The notes below the pieces were generated by a model. It saw only the letters and a program-made list of their open reading frames with translations. It did no database searches and was not told the origin of the DNA. Position numbers and translations under genes: made by a program. Of a DNA stretch of 64,000 nucleotides, positions 52,601 through 64,000 are shown piece after piece (position 1 is the stretch's first letter; each line of letters starts with the position of its first letter). Origin of the DNA: Octopus vulgaris (taxonomy: Eukaryota); the NCBI GenBank assembly GCA_951406725.2, contig OX597814.1, positions 161,634,001-161,698,000 on the forward strand, written 5' to 3'.

Positions 52601-53200
52601 GAGGATTCTAATGTACAGTTTCTACTGAAACACAAAATTAATGGTACCTTGCCAAAATTGATGGTTACAGTAAAGCTTAGCAATAATCAGGCAGCTGCTT
52701 ACTGTTTGAAATATTGATATAAATCAACTCCATTATTCTATCTGTACAAAAAAGGAGAGAGAGGGAGAAAGAGAGGGAAGAGAAAAGATAGAGAGAGAGA
52801 GGGCGAGTGAATGAATGAAAACTGGTGCAATAGAACTTACTGCATAGTCCTACAGTAAGAACAAACACAGATTTGATACCCAATTCAGATATTATCAACC
52901 ATGATTAATCTTACACTTGTCAGTTGCTTAATAACCTTTGAACAATCACCAGTAAATAGAGATATCAAACAAATATTATAAAATTGCTTAAGTATGAATA
53001 TTCAAAAATAATATGAAATTTTATCATAAAGAATATTTTTTAAATGTCAAATCTTTTCAAAACACAGTAGTCCTAAACAGGTAATAATAAATAATAATAA
53101 TTTTATACAGCCAAATTAACAAACATTTCAGTTATTTCAAAAATTGGGAAAATTTGGGGAAAATCTCCAGTTTGATCATTCTAACCATTTTAAAAGTGTA

Positions 53201-54470
53201 TAGGGCTTGGACAAAATAATGGAAACACCTAGCATCGTAATTTTGAAATATCTATAAAACTGTCAAAAGCTTGTTTATTTTTATGTTTTTTGATTTATTA
53301 TAAGTGTTGCTTAGTATGCTTTGCTAAAATTGCTGTTTCTTTCCAGATATCATCAGAAAAAGGTAATTAAAATTCATTACAATGACAGATCTATTGGGTT
53401 TTCAAAGAGGTCAAATTGTTGGTACTTGTATGGCAGGCACTAGCATTATGAAAAATTCCAAAATGTTTGGTGTATCAAGAACTACTGTTTCAAAAGTAAT
53501 GACAGCTTTTGAGAAAGAGGGAAAAACCTCCTCATTGAAACAAAACTCCAGAAGAAAACCAAAACTTTCAGCTAGGGACTGTCGGACTCATATACAAATT
53601 GTTAGAAAAGGTCACAAAAGTACAGCTCCCAAAATTACTGCAGAGCAGAGCTTAATAACCACCTCAAGAACCCAGTTTCCACAAAAACTGTTCACCAGGA
53701 GCTGTACAAAGCTGGATTTCACAGGAGGGGTGCAATTAGAAAACCACTACTTTTAAAAACAAACATTGCAAAGCGTTTAGAGTGGAGTAAAAACCTAAAG
53801 AATTGATCTCTAGAGCAGTGGAAGAATGTTATTTTCTTGGAGGAGTCATCCTTTACCTTATTTCTGACCACTGGCCAGTATACGTGTAGAGTCAGCCAAA
53901 AGAAGCATTTGACCCAGACTGCCTTCTTCCAATTGTTAAACATGGAGGAAGATTTGTGATGAGCTGGGAGGTTATATCTTGGAAATCAACCTGCCCAATG
54001 GTTTCCCTTCATGGCAGAATTAATAGTCAAGACTGTTTAAGCATTTTATCGAATCAAATTCACCCTATGGTTGTGGAGCTGTTTTCAGAGGGAAATGCAA
54101 TCTTTCAGGATGATAATGCACCAATTCATACAGCTAAAGTTGTTACTGAATGGCACAAGGAACATTCTAGTGAAGTTGAACATCTTATCTGATCACCACA
54201 GTCCCCAGATCTCAAAATCATAGAACATTTATGGTGCATTTTAGAAAAACAAGTAAGGAGTCAATATCTTCCAGCATCATCACTACAAGAACTGGAGACT
54301 GTTTTAGCTGAAGAATGGACAAAAATTTCTTTGGAAACAATTCAATCTTTGTACGAGTCCATACCTCATAGAATTCAAGCTGTAATTACTGCCAAAGGCA
54401 GTCCTATCTTATATTAAAAATAAGTTTGTTTGCAATTTTAAGGTGTTTCCATTATTTTATCCAATCCCTG
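53201..54470 (+). mobile_element. Full-length Tc1-like transposon, D-36-E spacing (Incomer-type)
   Basis: 30-bp TIRs (t/c)aggg.ttgga.aaaataatggaaacacct at 53201-53230 and 54441-54470; TA at 53199-53200 and 54471-54472; 1270 bp. Confidence 0.92.
53382..54417 (+). pseudogene. Disrupted Tc1-family transposase (~345 codons)
   Basis: MTDLLGFQRGQIVG.. paired-like HTH; W.NVIFLEESSF; FQDDNAPIHT...SPQSPDLKIIEHLW; ends AKGSPILY*. Contains frameshifts and stops. Confidence 0.9.
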
Positions 54471-57400
54471 TATGTCTGCAATGCATGTAGGACAACAATA
54501 GATGATTCTTCACATTCATCTCTTGATTTTTATCTGTAATTTGAATGCATCACAACCAAAGTTGTATTATATAGTAGACATTGTGATTGGCTGTTATTGA
54601 TTAGTAAATGAACTAAGACCAAGTTAAAAATATTTAACTCTGTATTTTGCAAGACATGAACTAAATCACATCGCAGTATTGTCAACCAAAAATATTTTGT
54701 AATTCAAAACTGTTTTATTAAAAACAGAAATAATGATAAGTTCTATTTCTCTCATGTAACATCATTGACCATACTGCAATTTTCTCTACATTACTCCCAT
54801 AGAATCTACTAATTCAAGTCAAACTATCTTACACTATTATGTCTTACATTAAGTTTAATTAATGATAGCAAGCACTAAAAAGCAATCTAAAGTTTGAAAG
54901 GACCCTTTAGTCTTGTTGAAGACATGATACCTCTCAAGTACAAGTTTCACAACAAAAAACCCCCCAAAAAACCCATTATGCAAAGTGATTGGTATTAGGC
55001 AGGTATCCAACCATAGAAACCAAGCTAAAAATTAAATGTGAGTGAGATGAGGTTTTCTGACTATAAGCTAACACCAACCATGGAGAGCTGTCCTGCCCAA
55101 GATAGCATGGAAAGTAGACCTAAAACGATGGTGGCAGTAGTGGTGGTGATGGTGTCACAATATAAACATAAAGTAAGAATGAAATATGATTGAAGTTGAG
55201 CAACTGTTAAAAGTTCACCACATAAGCTGTAAGATTTTAATCAAAATTAAAGATTAAAACACGGTGCTTGAAAATTTAATCAGTGTGTCAGTCATTGAGC
55301 AACAAAGTTTAGCTATATCTTTATCTTTCACATACAAATGGTTCAATAAAACTGGCATCAATATTGATGTTTCTGGAAAGCATTGTATTAGGCCTTACAA
55401 TAGATGAATAAATAATACAAGTGACTCGAGTACTATTAAGACATCTTACAACATCGATTGCTTGTAGCAGGCATCTACTATTAATCCTTTAGGAGGTTAA
55501 AGGTTTGTTCATTGATCTAGAAAGCATTCACAAAAGAATGCTACAGCCTCTGAAACAGAAGAAATATATTCTTTGTTGCAGTAAGGATGTATTGGCCAAA
55601 AACGAATTTTTTAGTAACTGCAGATGCAGCTTACAGGGGAAGAAAAAAAAATTGCCAGTTGGTAAACTGAGAAAATTTCAAGAATGCTAGCCATTTGGAG
55701 AGGCAGATGCATGTATTAGTAACAAATACATGCAACAAAGCTTTAGAGTACAATTATGTGCTTCCATATTGAATTCAATGTGATTTTTCTGACTGTTCTG
55801 GCATCTAAACAAGCCAAACTCTATCATTTATTACAGGTAGCCAAATGGACTTTTCTAAATAGTTATAAATGGTATTAAAAATGAATAGAATAAGTCATAA
55901 TAGCAAATGAATACTAAATTCTTCCAAAATAAAATAATGGGACTAACATAAAACCTGGAATATATTTTATTTGGGATTATTTCTATATGCATACAAAGCA
56001 ACAGAATGCACTCAACTAAACACATTACAAAATTCAGCTTTATCATTATTAGTTTTGAGTTCAAATTCTGTCAGAGTTAACTTAGCAATTCATCTCCCTA
56101 TTGTTGAAATATTAAGTAAGTGTAATATAATTGGACTGATACAGTTGTCTATAACCTTTACATCAGAAATTGGCTTTGCACTTTATCAAAGAAAAGTCAT
56201 TATTTATTTGACCCTGTTATTATTCAATACACATTGCATCAATGGTTTAGCAGTTAAGCATAGATTTATAATTAAGTTAGAGTAATGGAGTCTCTATGTA
56301 CACTTGTAGTCAATTTCAAAACTGTATTTTCAATTTTTTTTAACACATTTATTAATTTTTGGAGAGTATAAATATCAATGTGAAATTACAGCTATAGCAT
56401 ACCATAAAAAATAAATTAAACAAACTATATACCATAAAAATGAGTTGACAAACAAATTAAATAGTAGTAGTTGTTGTTGTTATTAATGAAGAAGAGAAAT
56501 AATGCATTGTAGTAAAATGTGAGTTATAGTTATCATGTGCACAATACATGTAACTACATCATATATTTACCTCTCTATCTATAATACAGAACAAGCTTCC
56601 TCACCCTCTCTAAAAATGCTTAAGTTTGGAAACATGTTCCATTCTATCCTGTTTTAAGATATCATATGTTGTTGACATGTAGGCACCAGGTCAGTTCTGA
56701 TAAAGCAGATCCATAGCACATGAATAGTTGATTCAATGATTAGATGTGATAGCTATATCAATATACTATTCCCCTACATAGTAAAGAACTATATCCATAT
56801 TGTGCCAACTGACATGATGTGATTTATCACATGGTGTAAAGTGTGGAAGTCTGAGTATGCTTCACTTTTCTCATTATCCACACTGTTTTTGCATGCCTGC
56901 ATATTCTGGTGGCAGTTACAATGGAAGCAGGCAAAATAAACTTAGTCTGAACACAACAACTGGTGTTTCTGTTGCTCTTGTCATGGATGTTGTGCAACTC
57001 CTTTAGTGCTAAATATGGTGACAGAAGCTGCTAATTTTATTTTTGATGTTTGTATCAACTGAGTAGGAGGAATATCATCATCATTAATTGTCATTTAATG
57101 TCTGCTCTTCATGCTGGTATGGGTTGGATGGTTTAATTGAGGACTGGTGAGCCAGGAGGCTGCATCAGGCTCAATCTGATCTGGCAAAGTTTCTACAGCT
57201 GGATGCCCTTCCTAACGCCAACCATTCCGAGAGTGTAATGAGGGCCAATGCTATTGTAGTGTTCTGGGATATTGTAGAAGTGTTTGAGTGTTTGGGATGA
57301 TTACAGGCAGTGGTAACTTCTGTGTGAGTTGGAATTTATTGCATCAACAGGCTGTAACGCTTACATGTTTACATGGTTTTACAGTTTCAGTTTGTTTTGT

Positions 57401-60400
57401 GTGCATGCATGTGTGTGTGTGTATGTAAGTCATTCATGTATCTTCATAAATAACCTGGGGGAGATTTGAGGAACAAAGAAATTTGTTAGAAGCAATGATA
57501 GTTACCAAATTGGTGCCTGTGAGGTCTCCAACTATTTTTGAGCATCATTGTGCTGGTTTTACTCATGAACATGTATATAATTTGTGGTATTGTATCTTCT
57601 GTGTGTGCATGATGCTATATTGCTGAATGTGATGCTTGGTTTTATTTGATGTTGCTGGTATGAGGGTAGCTGCTGTTATAGTTTGTCTGAAATGAAATTT
57701 CTATATTGCTATGCAGTTGGTGTAGAGTTGAAGTAGTGTTACTGTGTTAGGGGAATAGTAGGAAGATATAACTGTAAGGTCATCTAAAGTTGAAACCATG
57801 TGTAGGTTTTGTGAAGATATATGCAACAAAAGCATGAATCAGTGAACAAAAGCCAGTGAGATGATGTAACAAATGAAATATGAACCATATCAGGCTATGG
57901 ATGACTTAGTCTTTCCACTCAGAAATACTTTTAAATAATTTTTTTTTCTGAATTAGTAGGAGAGATTTTCAAAGACAGAATAATTTAAAATGTTGACATA
58001 CAATTTGGCTCATGTTAAATTTCCAGATAGCATACTTCAAAATATTTTGAAGTGCACCGTCTAAGAAATCAAAAATTTCCTGGGATGTAGTTTGCTAGGC
58101 AACATTTTGTGTTGTCATTTACTCAGAATAGACTGTGACTGAGCAGACCTATAACCCAAAACATTCTAACAACAATTAACCTATTTTTTTGCAGGCATAA
58201 TGTAACTATGAATGCATTATCCAACGTCTCTCTCTCTCTCTCTTCACAAAGGTAGTAGGTTATTTAAAGAGATTTGAATGCTATTTCTAACAGGTTGAAT
58301 GTTTGTGTAGAAGCCCTCTCATTGACTCACACTCACATGTGTTTTGTGGTGCTAGAATCTATAGTTGCTTGACCTGTGGAGATTCCATCACTAACTCTCA
58401 AACCACACCTAATCACTTTAAGAAAAAACAACACCGGATAATTCAATACTTGATACATTTACATGAAAGAAAAAAGAAAAGATGGGATGGTCCTAGTTGG
58501 AATATAAGTCAAACAATGATATACTTTAGTTTAAAGCAATGATGAAAAGCTAGTCACACCTTCCCTTCTTTCTCATTAACAGGTATTTTTCTTTTCTTTT
58601 CCTTTGAATAGCTCTCTCTCTCTCTCTCTCTCTTTCTCTTTCTTTCTTTTACAAGCTTACTTAGTTTGATGTCTAATGAACATGCAGAAGCATCACACAA
58701 CTGGTTTTTACAATACATATATGCATAATTTTCATATGATAAAAGAGGGTGGTGGGGAGATATAATAAATCTGGCTGTATGTCAACATTTTGAATTATAG
58801 TATCTTTGAAAATTTCTACTACTGATTGAGAAAAAATTTGTTTAAAAGTTATTTAAGACAGTAAAGACTGAGTAATCACCCATAGCCTGGTTTGGTTCCT
58901 GTTACATTTGGCTTGTTAAATGCTTGTAATTGAAAGAACATACCTGGAAGTTCCATTTCAAATAATTAGGTGGTTCTTTTTCTGAAGTTATATTGGTCAA
59001 AGTTTGAAAATAAGGATAAAATTTTAACAGCAGCATTTACTTCTTCCTCAAGAATGAAATTACATATTTGTATGACAGAGGTATGACCACTTAAACTGTG
59101 CATAAGTATTTTACTGATATTTATGTTAGATGGATAAAATAGAAATTTGAAGGGCAAACTCAACATTGTTTGGTTTTGTGTTACTGGAATCTACACAGCT
59201 GCTCAACCTGTGGAGATTCCAACATCACTAGCTCTCAAATCACACCATATCATTTTAAAAAAGAATTACACTGGGTAATTCAATACTTGATACATTTAAA
59301 TGAAAGAAAATTTTCACAAAAACAGGCATACTAAATTCTTTCTAATTTGTAAAGTATGATTTCTGCCAACTTAACCCAGTCTTTAATACTGTGTAATACT
59401 GTCTGCGAGCATTAACTCTTCTGTTACCATATTTCTGCTGAAATACACTGCCTTTGAGTCAATTAGTTTTGAAAATGAAGAATTTAGTAAGATATCTGTC
59501 ATTATTAAGCTGGTATTTAAGGCAGTGAGCTGGAGAATCATAACTGCATCTAACAAAAGTGCTTAATGGCATGGCATCTGTCTTTAAGTTCTAAGTTCAA
59601 ATGCTTCTGGGGTTGGCTTCGCCTTTCATCCTTTTAGGGTTGATAAAATAATTACAAGTTGAGCAGTAGGATCAATGTAATCGACTTAGTCCCTCCCCGA
59701 AACTGCCAGCCTTGTACCAAAATTTGAAATCATTATTAAGCTGACATTTAGAACATAAATTAATACAGTATTTTGATGGAAGGGTTTGATTGAGTTCAGG
59801 AAGTTGATGTTATAGAATGAAGGACAGACTCGGGCAAGCTGGAATTGAAATGATAAACAGAAATACATACATTTTGCTGAAGGGAGTGTAATTGATTTTA
59901 TCAATTCTAACACTTGACTGGTACTTTATTTTATTGATCCTAGAGAATTGAAAAGTAATTTGAACTCAGAATGTAAAGAACCATTACTAAAGATTGTAAG
60001 ACAGTTTGACTGGCACTCCATTACCCTAACCCTATCAATAATGTTAATTGACTAATATCAATGATTCCATAAAATAAGAAGACATGCACACATTTGGTCA
60101 TGTGACTGAAGCTTGCCTCCCAACCACATGGTTTCAAGTTCAGTCTTACAGTTTGGCACCTTTGTGTGTGTATGTGTATGTACACACACAAGTGTGTGTG
60201 TTTGTGTGTCTCCCTCCTTGTTTTGACGCAACACAATAGTTGTAAATGAACACCACTATCATACAATTTGTGTCTCTCATTTCCTATCTTTCATGAAAAA
60301 ATGTCCAGCCATAGCAAAATATTACCTTGCTTGGAAACAGTTACGGGTTGGTGGCTGGAAGGGCATTTTGCAATAGAAAATTTGCCTCAAAGAATTCCAC

Positions 60401-60662
60401 ATGAATACATGAAAAATTAGATACAAGAATTAAAATGTAATGTCCACTAGTTCTTTTATTCTTGAACTGGAGCACTGCCTTCGAAAGGATTTGAGCATTC
60501 ATCTCAATCCTAACATATATTCTGGTACTTTACCAGCACTTTAAGAGATGGAATACAACACAGACCTTGGTGTAAAGGACAATAAGATGGTCAGACCTAA
60601 TAACTACATAGTGTTTTTATTACAAACATATTTCTCTCTTTCTCTCTCTCTCTCTCTCTCAT

Positions 60663-60710
<48 letters not shown>

Positions 60711-63225
60711 ACACACACAAGATGAGCTCTCACATGATTTCCATTTGCAAAATTTCAATCATAAGGTATTGATCAACCTGAAGCTACTGAAGATAGCTTT
60801 CTTAGAAAGTGCCCTGCAGTGTGTTTGAACTAGGCACCACTAGATTGTGAAGCAAACTTCTTTTTAACCACCCAGTGTACTTGTGTCCAATGAAGCTGTA
60901 TTCAATACAGAGTTATGCACTACCTAAACTTCAATATGTTAAGTTTCTCCAGGGTCCTTTTGACATTATTCATTATTTAATTCAGTGTTTTTCCAGTCAG
61001 AGTGATTGCAGTTTCTTGAGATACTATTCACAACATTAGGGAGTGTCACTAATTCAATATATGGTTTAGAACATTGATTAAATAAATAATGAAGCTGCAA
61101 TAAAGAACTAACGAGGACTGTCATAGATTACAGTGTATGACATAATACAGACGTCACTGAAAGAAAAACTAATGTTTTAGACTAACTATTAGCTTTAAAT
61201 TTGTATAGATTTATTTTCCAATGAAACTGTTGGACCTGAATGTATTGATTCTAATAACTTGCCAAGCATTGTAAGTAAAATCTAAATAACAAAATGGAAA
61301 TATTACATTTTAAAATATCTGTGTACATTATTACTAAGTGGCATAATTGAAATTAACTTCAACTACAGAAACTATACAGCTGACTTGAAATTGAATTATA
61401 ATACTGCAGAATATAATACAAGGAAAATATCTTTAACAGCACCACCACATGATTCAGTATCATAAAAGAACTTGAGATGAAAAAATACATAACACACACA
61501 CACACACATATATGTTATATATATATGTTTTCTATTCAAATCCATTAAGCCTTTCAGGAGTGGCATGCAACATGAACTAAACTCTATAGACAATTGAAAT
61601 ACTGTGTAATGCATCATTGCATTATACATTTAATTAACATTCAGTCAACCTAGATTTGTCTCTTTGCAAGTCTTCTCATAACATATCAGTAATATGATTG
61701 AAAGAAAACACTAAAACATTTTTTAAATTAAAAATTTTATACACACACACACACACACACACAGATATACAAACAATATGTGTGTGTATGTACACATATA
61801 AATACACACACATGTATATATATGTGTGTGTATGAGTGTGTATATGTCTGTGAGTGTCAGAGCATATGTGCATGTGTGTGTATCTGTGTAAATGTGTGGT
61901 GGTGGTGTATGTGTTTTTGCGTGTGTGTATATAACCATATATCATCCACATGCAATCCAGACACTGCACACCAAACATTGATTCTATGAATAGAGACCTG
62001 GAAAGCATCTTCCAATGATGCTATGCTCATCTTGTTTCTTTCAATAGCAAGAAAACACAAATGCTACTCTTATCAACAAAACGCACTTTCAGTTAAGCAG
62101 GAGCAGTATGAAATTATTTGCTTTAATTGTTGGGTTACAGTATATTGAGGATTTCTCCTAGTGAAAGCATATTCTCAACGTAACAAGGTCAGTATCCCAG
62201 AGACTTCCTTCTCTTCATGGTCATAAGATGCTTCAGCCTTCAATAATTGATATTTTAGAGAAATTAGGTGTGCCCTCAATGGAATACTCCTCCTGTATCT
62301 TGGATGCTGCTGCTGCTGTTCACAGTCATGAACATTGCTACTCAGATATTCAGAACCACTCATCTCTTGTCCTCTCATCAACCTTGTTGAGTCCAACTTC
62401 CTATATCACACTCTAACCACTACACCCACTCTTTCAATTTCCGGATTATTGGTGCTCTAGATTTCCCTCTCTACTTATGCCTTTCCTACAGATGCTGACT
62501 CGCAATGGTTCAAAAGGACAATAACAGCATTGGTCCCATTAGCCTCAAAATGCCTGCAAAACCATGATAGCTGCCCCTTTCTCCAGATCTAGCAAGTGTG
62601 TGTATGTGTGTGTGTGTGTGTGCATGTGTGAGTTTTCCTTTGTGCTTGTCTCACTACCATCACTGGACAACAGCTGTCGGTTTGTTTATGTCTCCTAAAT
62701 ATATATGCGTATGTATATATGTCTGTGAGTGAGTTTATAGGCCCTTTTCACCATTTACTCATCTGTTTTATACACGAGAGTTTAGCTAGGAAAATCTCAG
62801 CACTCATCAAATAAGGTGGTAGAAAAAATATTGTGCAGTCTCTTTGGCACTGAAGATTAGAAAGTGTTACATCTGGTTTGTGAGACATCATTATCACCAA
62901 CAACAACATTTAGTGTCTGCTTTCCATGTTGGCAGGAGTTGGATGGTGTGCCAGCAAACCAGCAAGCTGCAGGCCTGCATCAAGCTCCAATATCATCATT
63001 GTCATGGTTTCAATGGCTGGATGTTCCTAATGCCAACCACTTTACAGGGTGTACTAGGTACTTTTTATGTGCCACCAGCACTGGTGAGATTTCCATGAAA
63101 ACTTGCAAGGCATAAAAGAATGTTTATGTTCTTGATGCAGTCAGCCAGTATCCAAGGACACATCTGTGTTCATGAGGACAGGTTCAGAAAATTTCATTTT
63201 CCTTTCTGGGATTTTCCCCATAGTA

Positions 63226-64000
63226 CACCAGGTTGTGTCACAAGTTTTTAAAACATTTCTACTGATGATTTTTGGCAACTTATATCTTGATGTTATATCA
63301 TTAATTTGGTACAACTTGTAGCCTGATCATTGCTGAACTGTTTATTATATATTTTCATATATAACATACAAACATTAAATTTTTTCATATATAACAAACA
63401 TTAATTCTTTTTACAGCTTTTATAACGAGTGGTGAAAAAATTGCAACTAGAGCCATTTTATGCCACCTGTGGAAGAAAAAGAAAAGCCTGAATGCAAGGG
63501 CGGTAACAAAAGAAATTAATGATGTGGAAGGCCCAGGAGCTGTCAATGAACATGTGGTACAAAACTGGTTCAAATGTTTCGAAGAAAGTGACACCAGCCT
63601 TGAAGACAAACCAAGATCAAACCTTCTGTTGTGTAAGATGAGGCCTTACTTGAAATGGTTGAACAACAATCAAGCACTCATACATTGTCAGCAGGACTTG
63701 GCCCTCCACGAAGCAACATCAGTTGACACCTCCATAAGCTAAGCCTTGTGAACAGATGCTGTCGAGAAGCTCCTCATGAACTGACTAATGACCAGGCTCA
63801 TGTGAACATTTGCAAACAATGGCTGGCAAATCCTCAAGATGCCTGTTTTTGTCATCATATTGTAACTGAAGATGAAAAATGGATCTATTTTTATAATCCT
63901 AATGAGAGAAATCAGTGACTTCATTCTGGTCAGGCTTCAGAACCTATTGTCTAACAAAGGCAGTTTGAACAGAAGGTCATGTTGTGTGTTTGGTGGAATT
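63226..64000 (+). mobile_element. mariner transposon remnant running off the window end
   Basis: EINDVEGPGAVNEHVVQNWFKCFEESDTSLEDKPRS, HIVTEDEKWIY and KVMLCVWWN motifs. The left boundary is approximate. Confidence 0.8.

Noticed and set aside
58940-59166. Minus-strand ORF followed by CCAG|GTATGT donor-like site
   Set aside because: The ORF stops before the donor and has no recognisable protein motif. A UTR exon cannot be supported from sequence alone.

Overview
This is AT-rich eukaryotic genomic DNA, not prokaryotic. The SINE/RTE/microsatellite repertoire points to a cephalopod, most likely Octopus (inference). The only host coding sequence I can support is two minus-strand exons of an inversin (INVS/NPHP2) ortholog (48238-48072 and 38629-38456), so most or all of the window is probably intron. 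The rest is transposon-derived: tRNA-headed SINEs, RTE-type (GAT)n tails, a stack of (TAA)n-targeting R4/Dong-like RLE LINEs (7981-11252), CR1-group and RTE fragments, a full-length DD36E Tc1-like element (53201-54470), two mariner remnants, TTAA and hAT MITEs, and a Penelope-like GIY-YIG remnant (23343-23890). The most striking signal is four non-coding, asymmetric fold-back insertions (7712-7930, 21115-22894, 31647-31910, 36832-37449). Each is a head-to-head inverted duplication with a 40-175 nt extension on one arm, and three have 13-15 bp target-site duplications. The largest is a ~1.6 kb near-perfect palindrome carrying a type I hammerhead ribozyme motif on each strand. These look like non-autonomous Penelope-like/retrozyme elements that would place long dsRNA in the INVS pre-mRNA. 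Nearly all short ORFs in the supplied track are repeat or microsatellite artefacts.
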